A DNA stretch of 60,158 bases from assembly GCA_045656005.1 (NCBI GenBank), contig JAZOQG010000083.1, forward strand, positions 1 through 60,158. Reading direction: 5' to 3'. The position numbers and the translations under genes were made by a program. Under the pieces are notes generated by a model that did not search any database, was not told where the DNA came from, and saw only the letters and a list, made by a program, of their open reading frames with translations. Positions 19,262 to 27,906 of this stretch are shown here, in pieces. This DNA is from Clostridia bacterium (GTDB lineage Bacteria > Bacillota > Clostridia > UMGS1883 > UMGS1540). Numbering within the stretch: position 1 is the stretch's first letter; the number at the start of each line of letters is the position of its first letter.

Positions 19262-21559
19262 TTAAGCTTTTGCAAAAACCCAGAGAGTATCTTTTACATT
19301 GTCATTGTCGTCGGTCAAATTATACACACATAGTGTAACCGTTTCCCCATGTACTTTCTTATATGTAATTGAAGGAATTTTACCTTCTGACATCTGTCTT
19401 TTTATCGCATCGTAATTCAAAAAGCTCATCACAGCTCTGCGTGAATCTGGATGCACAATGTCATTTATGTATTTTATCAATAATTTTGAGAAGTTTTCTT
19501 CATCTTCTTTATATCCAAGATAAGCTGGCATCAAAATCCTGTGAGCATTATCAGTTTCCAAAGAGACACTGTAAATACCATTATAATGCTCTTTAAGTAC
19601 TGATATCATAGTATCAATTTCTTTGATACCTGTTTTTGAATATACAAAGCTCTTGTCTTTATCTTCGGACACACTGCTAATGTCTTTATTCTGATAATAC
19701 TGTGCCTTTGCTTCATACATTCTGATTTCAGCTTCACGTACCATTTCTTCACAGTTAGAATTCTGCGTTCTGTAAGATATACCGATAGCAACATGATATC
19801 CCTTTGGCTTTAACTGCTCAATAAATGTTTCAACACTTTGTTTGACAGTTTCCTGTTTTGTATTTTTTATAAATACTAAAAACTCATCGCCGCCCATACG
19901 ATAAATAGTATGACCAAAAAATACTTCTTTTAAAGTGTTTGAGACATAAATAAGCATTTCATCGCCTGCAGCATGTCCATATTTATTGTTTATTAAATGT
20001 AGCTCGTTAACATCAATATAAACACATGAAAATTCTTTAGGCTTTTCTTCGTCAAATACTAAAATGTCCTTTTTATACGCCACGCGGTTTAATGCTCCCG
20101 TAAGAGCATCAGTTGTTGCAGTAATTTCTGTTTTGTTAAGGTGTTTTCTGTTATATATGGCAATAGAGAAACAAATGGCAACATCTTCAATAAGTTTTCT
20201 TGCTATAGAACTTTTCTTTGGGTTAATTGTACCGAGAATGCTGACATGATTATTCTTGTCTGCAATAATCGCAAAAGATATATCTTTAATATTATGCTCT
20301 AAAGAAAAGTGATATAATTTCGGATTTGTTTTTAAAAGGTGTAAATTTGGAATAATTCGCATAAATCCTGTAGATGAACTATTAAGATTAATATTTGCGA
20401 CGTACTTAAAAAGTTCTCCTACCAAATATTTTCTTTCGTCACCGTGCAAACGTTTTTGCACCAGAGAAGGTTTAATATAGTCATAATCCTCTCCATCTGT
20501 ATCTGCAAAAAAGCAGGACCTTGCATTTGAGAATTCCTTTATTCTTTTAAGAGCTGAATTTATATTTTCATGTTGCTGGTTTATCTCCAGAAGAAGGTGT
20601 CTGATAGATGAAGACTCTAAATTTAATTTTGCTCTGTTTTTCTCACTTCTTAATATCAATTCAAGATAAATTGCTATAATCAAAACGATTGTAATAAAAA
20701 TAAAAAGCAAAATTTGAGATGTTCTATGAGTTTTTGCAAACACCTGAGTTTCATAACGGGCAAGCATAATACCCCAGTTGAAATCCTCTATTGTAGAATA
20801 ATGGACATACAAATCTTCACCTGTCCGGATTGATTTAAAGGAAGTAAACCCTTTATCAGTAGTTGTCAAAGCCTCATAGGAATACTCGTCATTATATTTT
20901 CTGGTCTTGAGTTCAGAAAGTTCTCCCGGATTTTCATTTATTGTATCTATTATAAACTTTCCGTTTTCCTTATTATAAACAAAAAGCTGAGCATCAAGTT
21001 CTTTTGCCATGGTACTATACTTCTTATTGATAGTTTCAATCTTTATAATGCCATACATAATACCTACAATTCTCCCATTAACCTTAAACGGAACAGAACT
21101 GCGGACTACTTCCTCATCGGGGATTGAATAACTATATGTTCTTCCTGTAATATGTTCTCCCAAAAGGGCCTGTTCTTCAAATGATATCTTTCCCTTTAAG
21201 TCATAAGTTCCATCTTTTGTGATAAATTGTTCTTCAGGAGTAAGTATTCCTATTCTGGAAAAAAGTCCGATAGGTTTAAAGGAATCAAACATAAGGCTAT
21301 AGCTTTCGCCACCGGCATAGAGCTTCGAAGCAAAGTTTGCCATGGTAGAAAGATTTTCTCTGTCAGATTTAAGCTGTAAAATCAAATCGTCTTTAATCTG
21401 CTTTGTCTGAATATGAAGCATTTCATATGCCTCATCCTCCGCAGCAAAATAAAACGACGCAACCATGGCCAAAAACACTGAGCATATTAAAAATGCCGCA
21501 ATGACGCTATACCAAATATTACTTTGTTTTTCTTTTTTTCTCTCGTAAGTTGTTGCCAT
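19262..21559 (-). CDS. Membrane sensor diguanylate cyclase (TM-Cache-like-TM, GAF-like, GGDEF, C-terminal PAS-like)
   Basis: TDALTGALNR, IDVNELHLINNKYGHAAGDEML, YRMGGDEF intact; two TMs; C-terminal VHPD.R-containing domain. Confidence 0.9.
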   Translation of the reverse strand: MATTYERKKEKQSNIWYSVIAAFLICSVFLAMVASFYFAAEDEAYEMLHIQTKQIKDDLILQLKSDRENLSTMANFASKLYAGGESYSLMFDSFKPIGLFSRIGILTPEEQFITKDGTYDLKGKISFEEQALLGEHITGRTYSYSIPDEEVVRSSVPFKVNGRIVGIMYGIIKIETINKKYSTMAKELDAQLFVYNKENGKFIIDTINENPGELSELKTRKYNDEYSYEALTTTDKGFTSFKSIRTGEDLYVHYSTIEDFNWGIMLARYETQVFAKTHRTSQILLFIFITIVLIIAIYLELILRSEKNRAKLNLESSSIRHLLLEINQQHENINSALKRIKEFSNARSCFFADTDGEDYDYIKPSLVQKRLHGDERKYLVGELFKYVANINLNSSSTGFMRIIPNLHLLKTNPKLYHFSLEHNIKDISFAIIADKNNHVSILGTINPKKSSIARKLIEDVAICFSIAIYNRKHLNKTEITATTDALTGALNRVAYKKDILVFDEEKPKEFSCVYIDVNELHLINNKYGHAAGDEMLIYVSNTLKEVFFGHTIYRMGGDEFLVFIKNTKQETVKQSVETFIEQLKPKGYHVAIGISYRTQNSNCEEMVREAEIRMYEAKAQYYQNKDISSVSEDKDKSFVYSKTGIKEIDTMISVLKEHYNGIYSVSLETDNAHRILMPAYLGYKEDEENFSKLLIKYINDIVHPDSRRAVMSFLNYDAIKRQMSEGKIPSITYKKVHGETVTLCVYNLTDDNDNVKDTLWVFAKA

Positions 21560-21630
21560 TTATATGCATCTTCCTTCAAAATTATTGTAATCAATGTATA
21601 CTTATAGCATTTTAGTATACACTCTGTTTA

Positions 21631-21659
21631 ATTATACCATATCCTCATTAGAAAATCAA
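21631..21659 (-). promoter_or_regulatory. Sigma-A promoter of the DGC/EPS operon
   Basis: TTGATT-17 bp-TATAAT with extended TG, ~70 bp upstream of the DGC start. Confidence 0.65.
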
Positions 21660-21693
21660 GTTTTTAAAGATTTTTTATTAATTTCTATGCATG

Positions 21694-21726
21694 AAAAAAG
21701 CTATAGCAAAGTCGCTATAGCTTTTT
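21694..21726 (-). terminator. Rho-independent terminator
   Basis: AAAAAAGCTATAGC-aaagtc-GCTATAGCTTTTT just after the 21739 stop. Confidence 0.8.
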
Positions 21727-21738
21727 CTTGTTTTAAAC

Positions 21739-22569
21739 TTATTTTTTAATTATTCCGTAACCTTCATAAAATTCTCCGCCTGACAAAACATATTTTTTAA
21801 CTTTTTCAGCAAAAGAAGATGCAGCAGGTGTGCCTCCGAGAGTTCCTTTTGTTGTATTCCATTTGAAAGTATAACGCAAAATCGCATCATTTTTATCTTT
21901 TTTAATAACATTAAAAAGATTTTGAAATTGCATTATTTTGCTTTCAGGCTTTAAAAATTCTTTTAAAGTCGGGTCCATAAGCCATGAATGGCATGTAAAA
22001 TACTCATACTTGTGCTCGGGATAATACTTGTCAAAAAATTCTTTTGCCATTCCGAGAGATTTTTTGCAGCTTTCCAGAGATAAGTCAGCACCTTTCGGAA
22101 TATGTACTTCAATAACATTTTCGCCTTTTGAAATTCCATATTCGCTAAAATCTTCACCTGCAACCCCAAGATAGTATTCTAAAGAGCCAATTTTAAATAG
22201 TTTCATTTTAAATGTGTGTGAGAGCCACGGAAGTTCACCAAGATAAAGTCCGCCTTTAATTTCGCTCCATACTTCACACCATATTTTTATATCGTTTAGA
22301 GTACCCATTAAAATTTCTTCGTCAATTCCCGCCTCATCATAACGCTTTTTAAGATTTTCGCATAAATACAAAAACGAAAGAAGGTTTCTTTTTCCGTCCT
22401 GCTCCGACAAATCATAGTTTTCAATACTGATTGCATCGGAAATTTTAATGTTTTTAAGGGCATCATAAAACTCAGCATCATAAATACATGGAAATTCGAG
22501 CTTTTTATACCATTTTTCAATAATGGTGTAAACATCATTATTCCCCTGGCTTTCACGATTTTTATTCAT
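21739..22569 (-). CDS. Acyltransferase/GNAT-like protein (DUF5596-type N-terminus)
   Basis: LFKIGSLEY, IEVHIP.G, FTCHSWLMDP motifs; start uncertain (22569-22611). Confidence 0.7.
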   Translation of the reverse strand: MNKNRESQGNNDVYTIIEKWYKKLEFPCIYDAEFYDALKNIKISDAISIENYDLSEQDGKRNLLSFLYLCENLKKRYDEAGIDEEILMGTLNDIKIWCEVWSEIKGGLYLGELPWLSHTFKMKLFKIGSLEYYLGVAGEDFSEYGISKGENVIEVHIPKGADLSLESCKKSLGMAKEFFDKYYPEHKYEYFTCHSWLMDPTLKEFLKPESKIMQFQNLFNVIKKDKNDAILRYTFKWNTTKGTLGGTPAASSFAEKVKKYVLSGGEFYEGYGIIKK

Positions 22570-22591
22570 GGTATTTTTGTTTCCTTTCACA

Positions 22592-23977
22592 TTACTCTGT
22601 GTAATCTGCACTTAAATTGTCAATATATTTGCAAACTTCTTTGAACACATCGCTATATGAACCGTAAATGCTTGAAACATGGTGAATATATGGTCCTTCA
22701 ACAAATTTTCTTTCCCATTTTTCCCAATCGGAAACTTCTATCCACACATAGCTTGCAACGTTTTTGGGTCCTTCAACAGTATCCCCTTCTCCGATAAAGA
22801 GACTATATTCTCCTCTGTCACCGTCAAATCTCAAAACTGTAAGATGCCCCTCTTTAAGCTCCCACTGGCATATACCAAAGCATTTGTCCGCATTGTAAAG
22901 GTTTCTGCCTACTGTCGCATTTTTTTTGTTTTTTGCAAGAGAATAAGGAAAGTTTCCGCAATGCCACAAAAGCTCTGCATTGTCGTTTTGAGGATGACGG
23001 ATTGTAAGGTCTGCAAAAAACTGTGGCTCCTTGTCAAATGTAGCAGCCTGTGCCATAACTGCAGTTATTGCACCGTGAATATCGGTTTCGCATGCAACAG
23101 GAATTCCTTCATCAGTTAAAAGTGAGTTTGCAAGACATGGCATAATTCCAAAAATATCCTGTAAAGAATCCCAGCACTGAATTGCAGCCGCACGGCAACT
23201 GAATTTCTGACAAAGTCTTTTTATTGCCACTTTTAAAGCTGCAACAAGTAAAATCTGCTCATCTAAATTACCTTCACAGCTATGAGAAGATATAAATTTT
23301 GCAGTTTCTGAAAGTTCTGCTCCGTTTTCTGTTTTAACTGCATCAACTTCCTTTTTAACATCCTGTAAGGTTACGGGCACTATGCGAATTCCAAATTTTT
23401 CAACAAGCTCACCTTCGTTGCAAGTAACACAACCAAAGGGCATGGGTCTTGTGGAAATTTGCAAAATTTTGAGATTTTTAATTGCCTTTACAACGTTTGC
23501 AGTTCTCAAAAACTTGTCAAATTCTGCGTCAAATCGCTCATCTTCAAGTGCAATATTTGGTATATATGTAAAGTTTACATTGCATCTTCTGAGTGATTTT
23601 CCTGTCGCAAACATTCCGCATTGTGAGTCTCTGTTACGAAAACCATTTTCATCAGGCATGTCATCTCGTGGTCCCCATATAAGCACAGGAACTTTAAACT
23701 CTGATGCAACTTCTGCAACAAGATTTTCAGAGCCGAAATTACAATGCGGGAAAAAGATAGCATCAATACCATTCTCTTTAAATCTTTTTAAAACAGCTTC
23801 TTTGTCTGCATATTCATATAAAAGTCCATGTGCTGCAATATCTTCTATGTCAACAATTTCAATATCAAATTTACTTATTTTGTCTTTTATTTTCTTTCTG
23901 TATTCAATTGCCGCTTCACGGCTGAAAACCTCTCTCTGTGTAGGGCAGTAACCTAATTTTATTCTGCTCTTTTCCAT
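22592..23977 (-). CDS. L-fucose/L-arabinose isomerase family protein
   Basis: NFGSE, RDSQCG, AIQCW, GIPVACETDIHGA, LWHCG, GPYIHH. Confidence 0.85.
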   Translation of the reverse strand: MEKSRIKLGYCPTQREVFSREAAIEYRKKIKDKISKFDIEIVDIEDIAAHGLLYEYADKEAVLKRFKENGIDAIFFPHCNFGSENLVAEVASEFKVPVLIWGPRDDMPDENGFRNRDSQCGMFATGKSLRRCNVNFTYIPNIALEDERFDAEFDKFLRTANVVKAIKNLKILQISTRPMPFGCVTCNEGELVEKFGIRIVPVTLQDVKKEVDAVKTENGAELSETAKFISSHSCEGNLDEQILLVAALKVAIKRLCQKFSCRAAAIQCWDSLQDIFGIMPCLANSLLTDEGIPVACETDIHGAITAVMAQAATFDKEPQFFADLTIRHPQNDNAELLWHCGNFPYSLAKNKKNATVGRNLYNADKCFGICQWELKEGHLTVLRFDGDRGEYSLFIGEGDTVEGPKNVASYVWIEVSDWEKWERKFVEGPYIHHVSSIYGSYSDVFKEVCKYIDNLSADYTE

Positions 23978-24012
23978 AAACCAATTCCTCCTGATATAAA
24001 TATATTTGATTC

Positions 24013-24041
24013 ATTATACAATATTTTTTCTGAATTTTCAA
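24013..24041 (-). promoter_or_regulatory. Sigma-A promoter of the isomerase gene
   Basis: TTGAAA-17 bp-TATAAT. Confidence 0.55.
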
Positions 24042-24150
24042 TCTCTTTTTTTATACAAATTCATATCTTTTTTTTCACATTTTCCTATAACTAAATTTAT
24101 TGTTGATTAATATACATCTCTGTGATAAAATTACGGATGAGGTGTTTATT

Positions 24151-24939
24151 ATGATTAAATTTGACCGCTTTTATGGCGGAGTAAGAAAATGCATCACGAT
24201 GAGCTATGACGATGGTGTTCAAAGTGACAAAAAACTGATTGAAATCTTTGACAAATACAATATTCGCGGAACTTTTCACCTGAATTCCGGGCTGATGGGC
24301 ACAGGTGATGTTATTCCGGCAGATGAAGTTTCAGAGGTTTATAAAAACCATGAGGTCGCAGTACATGGCACTATGCATCATACCCTCACCCAACTTCCCT
24401 CATGTAATATTATGGCAGAGGTTTTAGAGGACAGACGTGCCCTTGAAAAAATAGTTGGTTACCCTGTAAGAGGGATGAGTTATGCCAATGGGCTTTTTGA
24501 TGAAGAATCGATAAATGCAATACACTCATGCGGCATTGCATATAGCAGAACTGCAAATTCAACCTACGGATGGGCAATACCTGAAAATTTTCTCAAATGG
24601 AACCCAACCTGCCATCATAATAGTGCAATGAAAATAATTGATAAATTTTTAAACTGGGATTTTCAGAGCGGTTTTCTTTTCTATATCTGGGGGCATTCTT
24701 TTGAATTTGACCGTGACAACAACTGGGATTATATGGAAAAGCTTTGTCAGAAAGTTTCAGGAAATTCCGATATATGGTACGCAACAAATATTGAAATATA
24801 TGATTATGTTACTGCTTTAAAACAAATAATAGTTTCCGTTGACAACAAAATAGTTATAAACCCTACTGCACACACTCTCTGGTTTTCATACAATAATGAA
24901 GTAATAAAAATAAATCCCGGAGAAACACTTTATCTATAA
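24151..24939 (+). CDS. Polysaccharide deacetylase (CE4/NodB)
   Basis: TMSYDDG, HEVAVHG..H, FYIWGHSFEF; GAGGTG RBS before ATG 24151. Confidence 0.88.
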   Translation: MIKFDRFYGGVRKCITMSYDDGVQSDKKLIEIFDKYNIRGTFHLNSGLMGTGDVIPADEVSEVYKNHEVAVHGTMHHTLTQLPSCNIMAEVLEDRRALEKIVGYPVRGMSYANGLFDEESINAIHSCGIAYSRTANSTYGWAIPENFLKWNPTCHHNSAMKIIDKFLNWDFQSGFLFYIWGHSFEFDRDNNWDYMEKLCQKVSGNSDIWYATNIEIYDYVTALKQIIVSVDNKIVINPTAHTLWFSYNNEVIKINPGETLYL

Positions 24940-24941
24940 AT

Positions 24942-24976
24942 GACAAGGAGCTGTGATTTTATCATAGCTCCTTGTC
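24942..24976. terminator. Terminator hairpin between convergent genes
   Basis: GACAAGGAGCTGTGAT-ttt-ATCATAGCTCCTTGTC followed by a T-run on the + strand. Confidence 0.75.
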
Positions 24977-25342
24977 GTTTTTTATTACATCTTCCGCTAA
25001 TTTTAATGCCTTTTTATGCAGACGATAAAGATGCCTTTCGTCATACTCCATAATGAGTGCCGTCTTTTCCATTGTTTCTCCGTTAATGTAGCGATATGTA
25101 AGAAGTGTTCTGCAAATAGGGTCATCTATTCTTTTTATAATATCACATATTTCCTCTTTTATCTTCATAAGCCTTGCACAGCGTGATGAAATATCACCTT
25201 TAAGAGTAAGGTAGCTTAAAAATATTTCTCTGTTCCCGCGGTTTATTTTTACTTCTTCGGCAAGCCTTAACAGCGCTGCCTGCAATGCTTTGGTTTCCAT
25301 TTCAACTCTTCTTCCTTCGCTAAAAAAATCTGATACATTCAC
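24962..25342 (-). CDS. ArpU/RinA/DUF1492-like phage-type transcriptional regulator (sigma region 4-like HTH)
   Basis: C-terminal RTLLTYRYINGETMEKTALIMEYDERHLYRLHKKAL; GTG start after GAGGGGGAG. Confidence 0.72.
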   Translation of the reverse strand: MNVSDFFSEGRRVEMETKALQAALLRLAEEVKINRGNREIFLSYLTLKGDISSRCARLMKIKEEICDIIKRIDDPICRTLLTYRYINGETMEKTALIMEYDERHLYRLHKKALKLAEDVIKNDKEL

Positions 25343-25361
25343 CTTTACTCCCCCTCGCTTG

Positions 25362-25574
25362 TTACTTGGCAAACTCCGGCATGTTATCCAAAAATTTTTT
25401 TGCATGCGCGCGTACATCCTGCCCTTCACATTCCAGATATTCGCATAAAAATGTTTTTAATACTATTGCCCTCCTTATCCCTATCTCATTTTTGATACGA
25501 CTGAGATTTCCCGACAAACATACATATTTGTATAAAAGCTCAAGAAAATTTGAAACTTCTGCCTCTTTAGCCAA
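25362..25574 (-). CDS. Small hypothetical protein (70 aa)
   Basis: TTG start with AAGGAGG RBS, directly downstream of a consensus promoter. Confidence 0.65.
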   Translation of the reverse strand: MAKEAEVSNFLELLYKYVCLSGNLSRIKNEIGIRRAIVLKTFLCEYLECEGQDVRAHAKKFLDNMPEFAK

Positions 25575-25594
25575 AAATACCGCCTCCTTATTTG

Positions 25595-25728
25595 TCCCAT
25601 TTTTGGGATTTTTAAACTAAAAAAATTCCAAATTTTTCTAAATTATACTATAAACCTTTAAGTTTGTCAACCCATTTTTGAGATTTTTTAAAAAATATGT
25701 TGCATTTTTGAAACACGTGTGCTATAAT
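25595..25728. promoter_or_regulatory. Divergent sigma-A promoters with three related 14-bp operators
   Basis: Minus: TTGACA(25670-65)-17-TATAAT(25647-42). Plus: TTGCAT(25700-05)-17-TATAAT(25723-28). Boxes TCCCATTTTTGGGA 25595, ACCCATTTTTGAGA 25670, TTGCATTTTTGAAA 25700. Confidence 0.75.
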
Positions 25729-25747
25729 GGGAACAAGAGGTGAGAAA

Positions 25748-26110
25748 ATGTATCGAAAGATAAAACTTTTAAGGGAAAGAAACAACTTAAGTCTGCAAGA
25801 ATTGGCAGATAAAACAGGAATTGCGAAATCTACGTTGCAAAGATACGAAACAGGTACAACAAAAAAAATTCCTCAGAGTGCCATTTTCAAAATGGAAAGC
25901 ATATTTGAGGAAAAAATAACTGATGATGAACTTTCCGAAAAGGATAAAAAAGATATATCTCTTATGCTTAAAAACTGCCTATTAAAACTCGAATCCGAGG
26001 CTTTGATGTTTGACGGTGAAATTATCGACTCGGAAACACGTGAACTTTTAAAGGCAAGTATTGAAAACAGTATAAGAATGGCAAAAATTATTTCAAAATC
26101 AAAATCTTAA
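25748..26110 (+). CDS. XRE-family phage/ICE-type repressor (ImmR/CI-like)
   Basis: IKLLRERNNLSLQELADKTGIAKSTLQRYETG HTH; C-terminal LMFDGE..D.ETRELL...IENS typical of Firmicute phage repressors; GAGGTG RBS. Confidence 0.9.
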   Translation: MYRKIKLLRERNNLSLQELADKTGIAKSTLQRYETGTTKKIPQSAIFKMESIFEEKITDDELSEKDKKDISLMLKNCLLKLESEALMFDGEIIDSETRELLKASIENSIRMAKIISKSKS

Positions 26111-26155
26111 GTACATAGAGTTAAACTCTCATGTGCACAAATAAGGAGGTATCAA

Positions 26156-26581
26156 ATGAAACCCTTGTCCGTAGTTAATAACCTGGTCTCAAAATACGGG
26201 ACAAGAGACCCTTACGAGCTTGCAGATAAAATGTGCTTTTACATTTATTTTGAAAATCTTGGAACAATTAACGGATATTATTCTACTGCATTCGATGTAA
26301 AAAGCATTCATATAAACGAAAAGCTCTCACTTAAAATGAAAGAGCTTACTTTAGCACATGAGATAGGTCACGCAATAATGCATCCTAATCTCAATATTAA
26401 TTTCATGCATCAGAACACTTACATGCTTAAGGAAAAATATGAACAGCAGGCAAATCTTTTTGCCTCATACCTTCTCTTCCCCGACGAGTTTTTGATGCAG
26501 TACGAAGGTTACAGTGCTGACAAAATTGCATCAATTTTAGAAGTACCTACACATATTATTGATATAAGATGTAAAAATTAA
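26156..26581 (+). CDS. ImmA/IrrE family metallopeptidase (anti-repressor)
   Basis: YGTRDPYELA, LAHEIGH (HExxH), EQQANLFASYLL. Confidence 0.9.
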   Translation: MKPLSVVNNLVSKYGTRDPYELADKMCFYIYFENLGTINGYYSTAFDVKSIHINEKLSLKMKELTLAHEIGHAIMHPNLNINFMHQNTYMLKEKYEQQANLFASYLLFPDEFLMQYEGYSADKIASILEVPTHIIDIRCKN

Positions 26582-27384
26582 AAATACTTTTTGCTGACTC
26601 CGCCGAGCATCAGACAAAATATTCCTGCTATCGAGGCTAATATTACTCCAGCCAACATAACTACAACATTTGGAGACCAGCAAAGCGAAACTATTGAAAC
26701 TGCACTCAAAAACGCAACAAGATAGTAAAGCATACCTGACCTATATTTCCCGTACAGTGTTAAAACTGCTACTACGCTGCAAATTACAAGACTTGCCCAA
26801 AGGCAAATAATACCCAGCATTGTCATAAAAGGAAATCTGAAAACAAGAGATGCAAACATAATTATACCAACAGTAAGCGCAGTAGCACATGGCATTAAAA
26901 CAAGAAGTGCTATTTTATTAAAGCCCCTGTACCAGACCATTTTCTTGTGTGTGGCAGGTGCTTTATTTATTTTTGTAAAAACAAGGCAAAGCACTAAAAT
27001 CAATACTGCCAAAATCATACCAAAAATAAAACCTAAGCCTATACCGCCTTCATACCTTTGCATCAAAATCACAAGAGAAAGTGCTTCACCTGCAGAAAGC
27101 CATAGTGACACAAAACATGTAACAACGTATTTTTTTATAGCATCGGCAGGGTAAATTTGAATAATAAATGAAAAAAGTGACGGCAACACTTTAAGTGCAA
27201 TAAACATAAGAGAAAACACACCTGTAATTTTCCCCGCACTTCCGTTTAAGAAATTTATTGGCAATATACTTTCATTTCCCACAATATATGGAAGAAAAAG
27301 AGTGGCTATATTTGCCGCAGCAAAAAATAAAAGCCATAAATTTCCCATACAGTATCTTGCATATGTTTTACTTTTCTTTTTCAT
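26578..27384 (-). CDS. Hypothetical polytopic membrane protein
   Basis: About 8 hydrophobic segments; GAAGGTG RBS. Confidence 0.65.
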   Translation of the reverse strand: MKKKSKTYARYCMGNLWLLFFAAANIATLFLPYIVGNESILPINFLNGSAGKITGVFSLMFIALKVLPSLFSFIIQIYPADAIKKYVVTCFVSLWLSAGEALSLVILMQRYEGGIGLGFIFGMILAVLILVLCLVFTKINKAPATHKKMVWYRGFNKIALLVLMPCATALTVGIIMFASLVFRFPFMTMLGIICLWASLVICSVVAVLTLYGKYRSGMLYYLVAFLSAVSIVSLCWSPNVVVMLAGVILASIAGIFCLMLGGVSKKYF

Positions 27385-27904
27385 AAGTTTCACCTTCTTC
27401 GTCCTTATAAACAAGTTTATTTAAAATATTTCCGCTAAACTCATATTTGTTATAACCAAAATAATATCCAATTCCGCAAATAAGAGGAATAATTATGATA
27501 GGCAAAACATATCCGGGTGACATACTCGTCATAAGAAAAAGTTTTGCATCCGCTTTAAAGAAACCGCTAAATGGGGCATTTAAAACCCAGTATGCGATGT
27601 TAAAAGGTTTAAATACCGATTTAAATAAGAGCATGGAAAAAAGCATAAAAAGCGAAATTATTTCGCATACTGCACCATATAGAAAACCCATATGTTTGTT
27701 CTTTGCTGAAAGTTTTCTTCCTTCTGCCTTAAAGACTGAGAAAAACCAGCCGAGTAATATGGCAAGTCCTAAAACACTATAAATAATATACCCTAACTTA
27801 TAATCAAAAAGCCATGTAAACGATAGCATAAAAGCTATAAAAATAAAGCTGACCGCAATTTTTATCCCAAAAACCTTTGCGGCATTTTTTAAAATGTGCT
27901 TCAA
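27368..27904 (-). CDS. Hypothetical membrane protein
   Basis: About 4 TMs; coupled to neighbouring genes. Confidence 0.65.
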   Translation of the reverse strand: MKHILKNAAKVFGIKIAVSFIFIAFMLSFTWLFDYKLGYIIYSVLGLAILLGWFFSVFKAEGRKLSAKNKHMGFLYGAVCEIISLFMLFSMLLFKSVFKPFNIAYWVLNAPFSGFFKADAKLFLMTSMSPGYVLPIIIIPLICGIGYYFGYNKYEFSGNILNKLVYKDEEGETYEKEK

Positions 27905-27906
27905 TA

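Noticed and set aside
21560-21738. c-di-GMP riboswitch upstream of the DGC
   Set aside because: The leader is only ~65 nt and I see no GEMM-type motif; a covariance-model search would be definitive.
25366-25620. 84-aa plus-strand ORF, and the many other short antisense ORFs in the track (e.g. 11709..12251, 23382..23951, 31141..31398, 47547..48104)
   Set aside because: They overlap well-supported opposite-strand genes and show no family motifs.
24940-26600. Intact prophage or ICE with att sites
   Set aside because: No integrase, no flanking direct repeats found by eye, no tRNA target.
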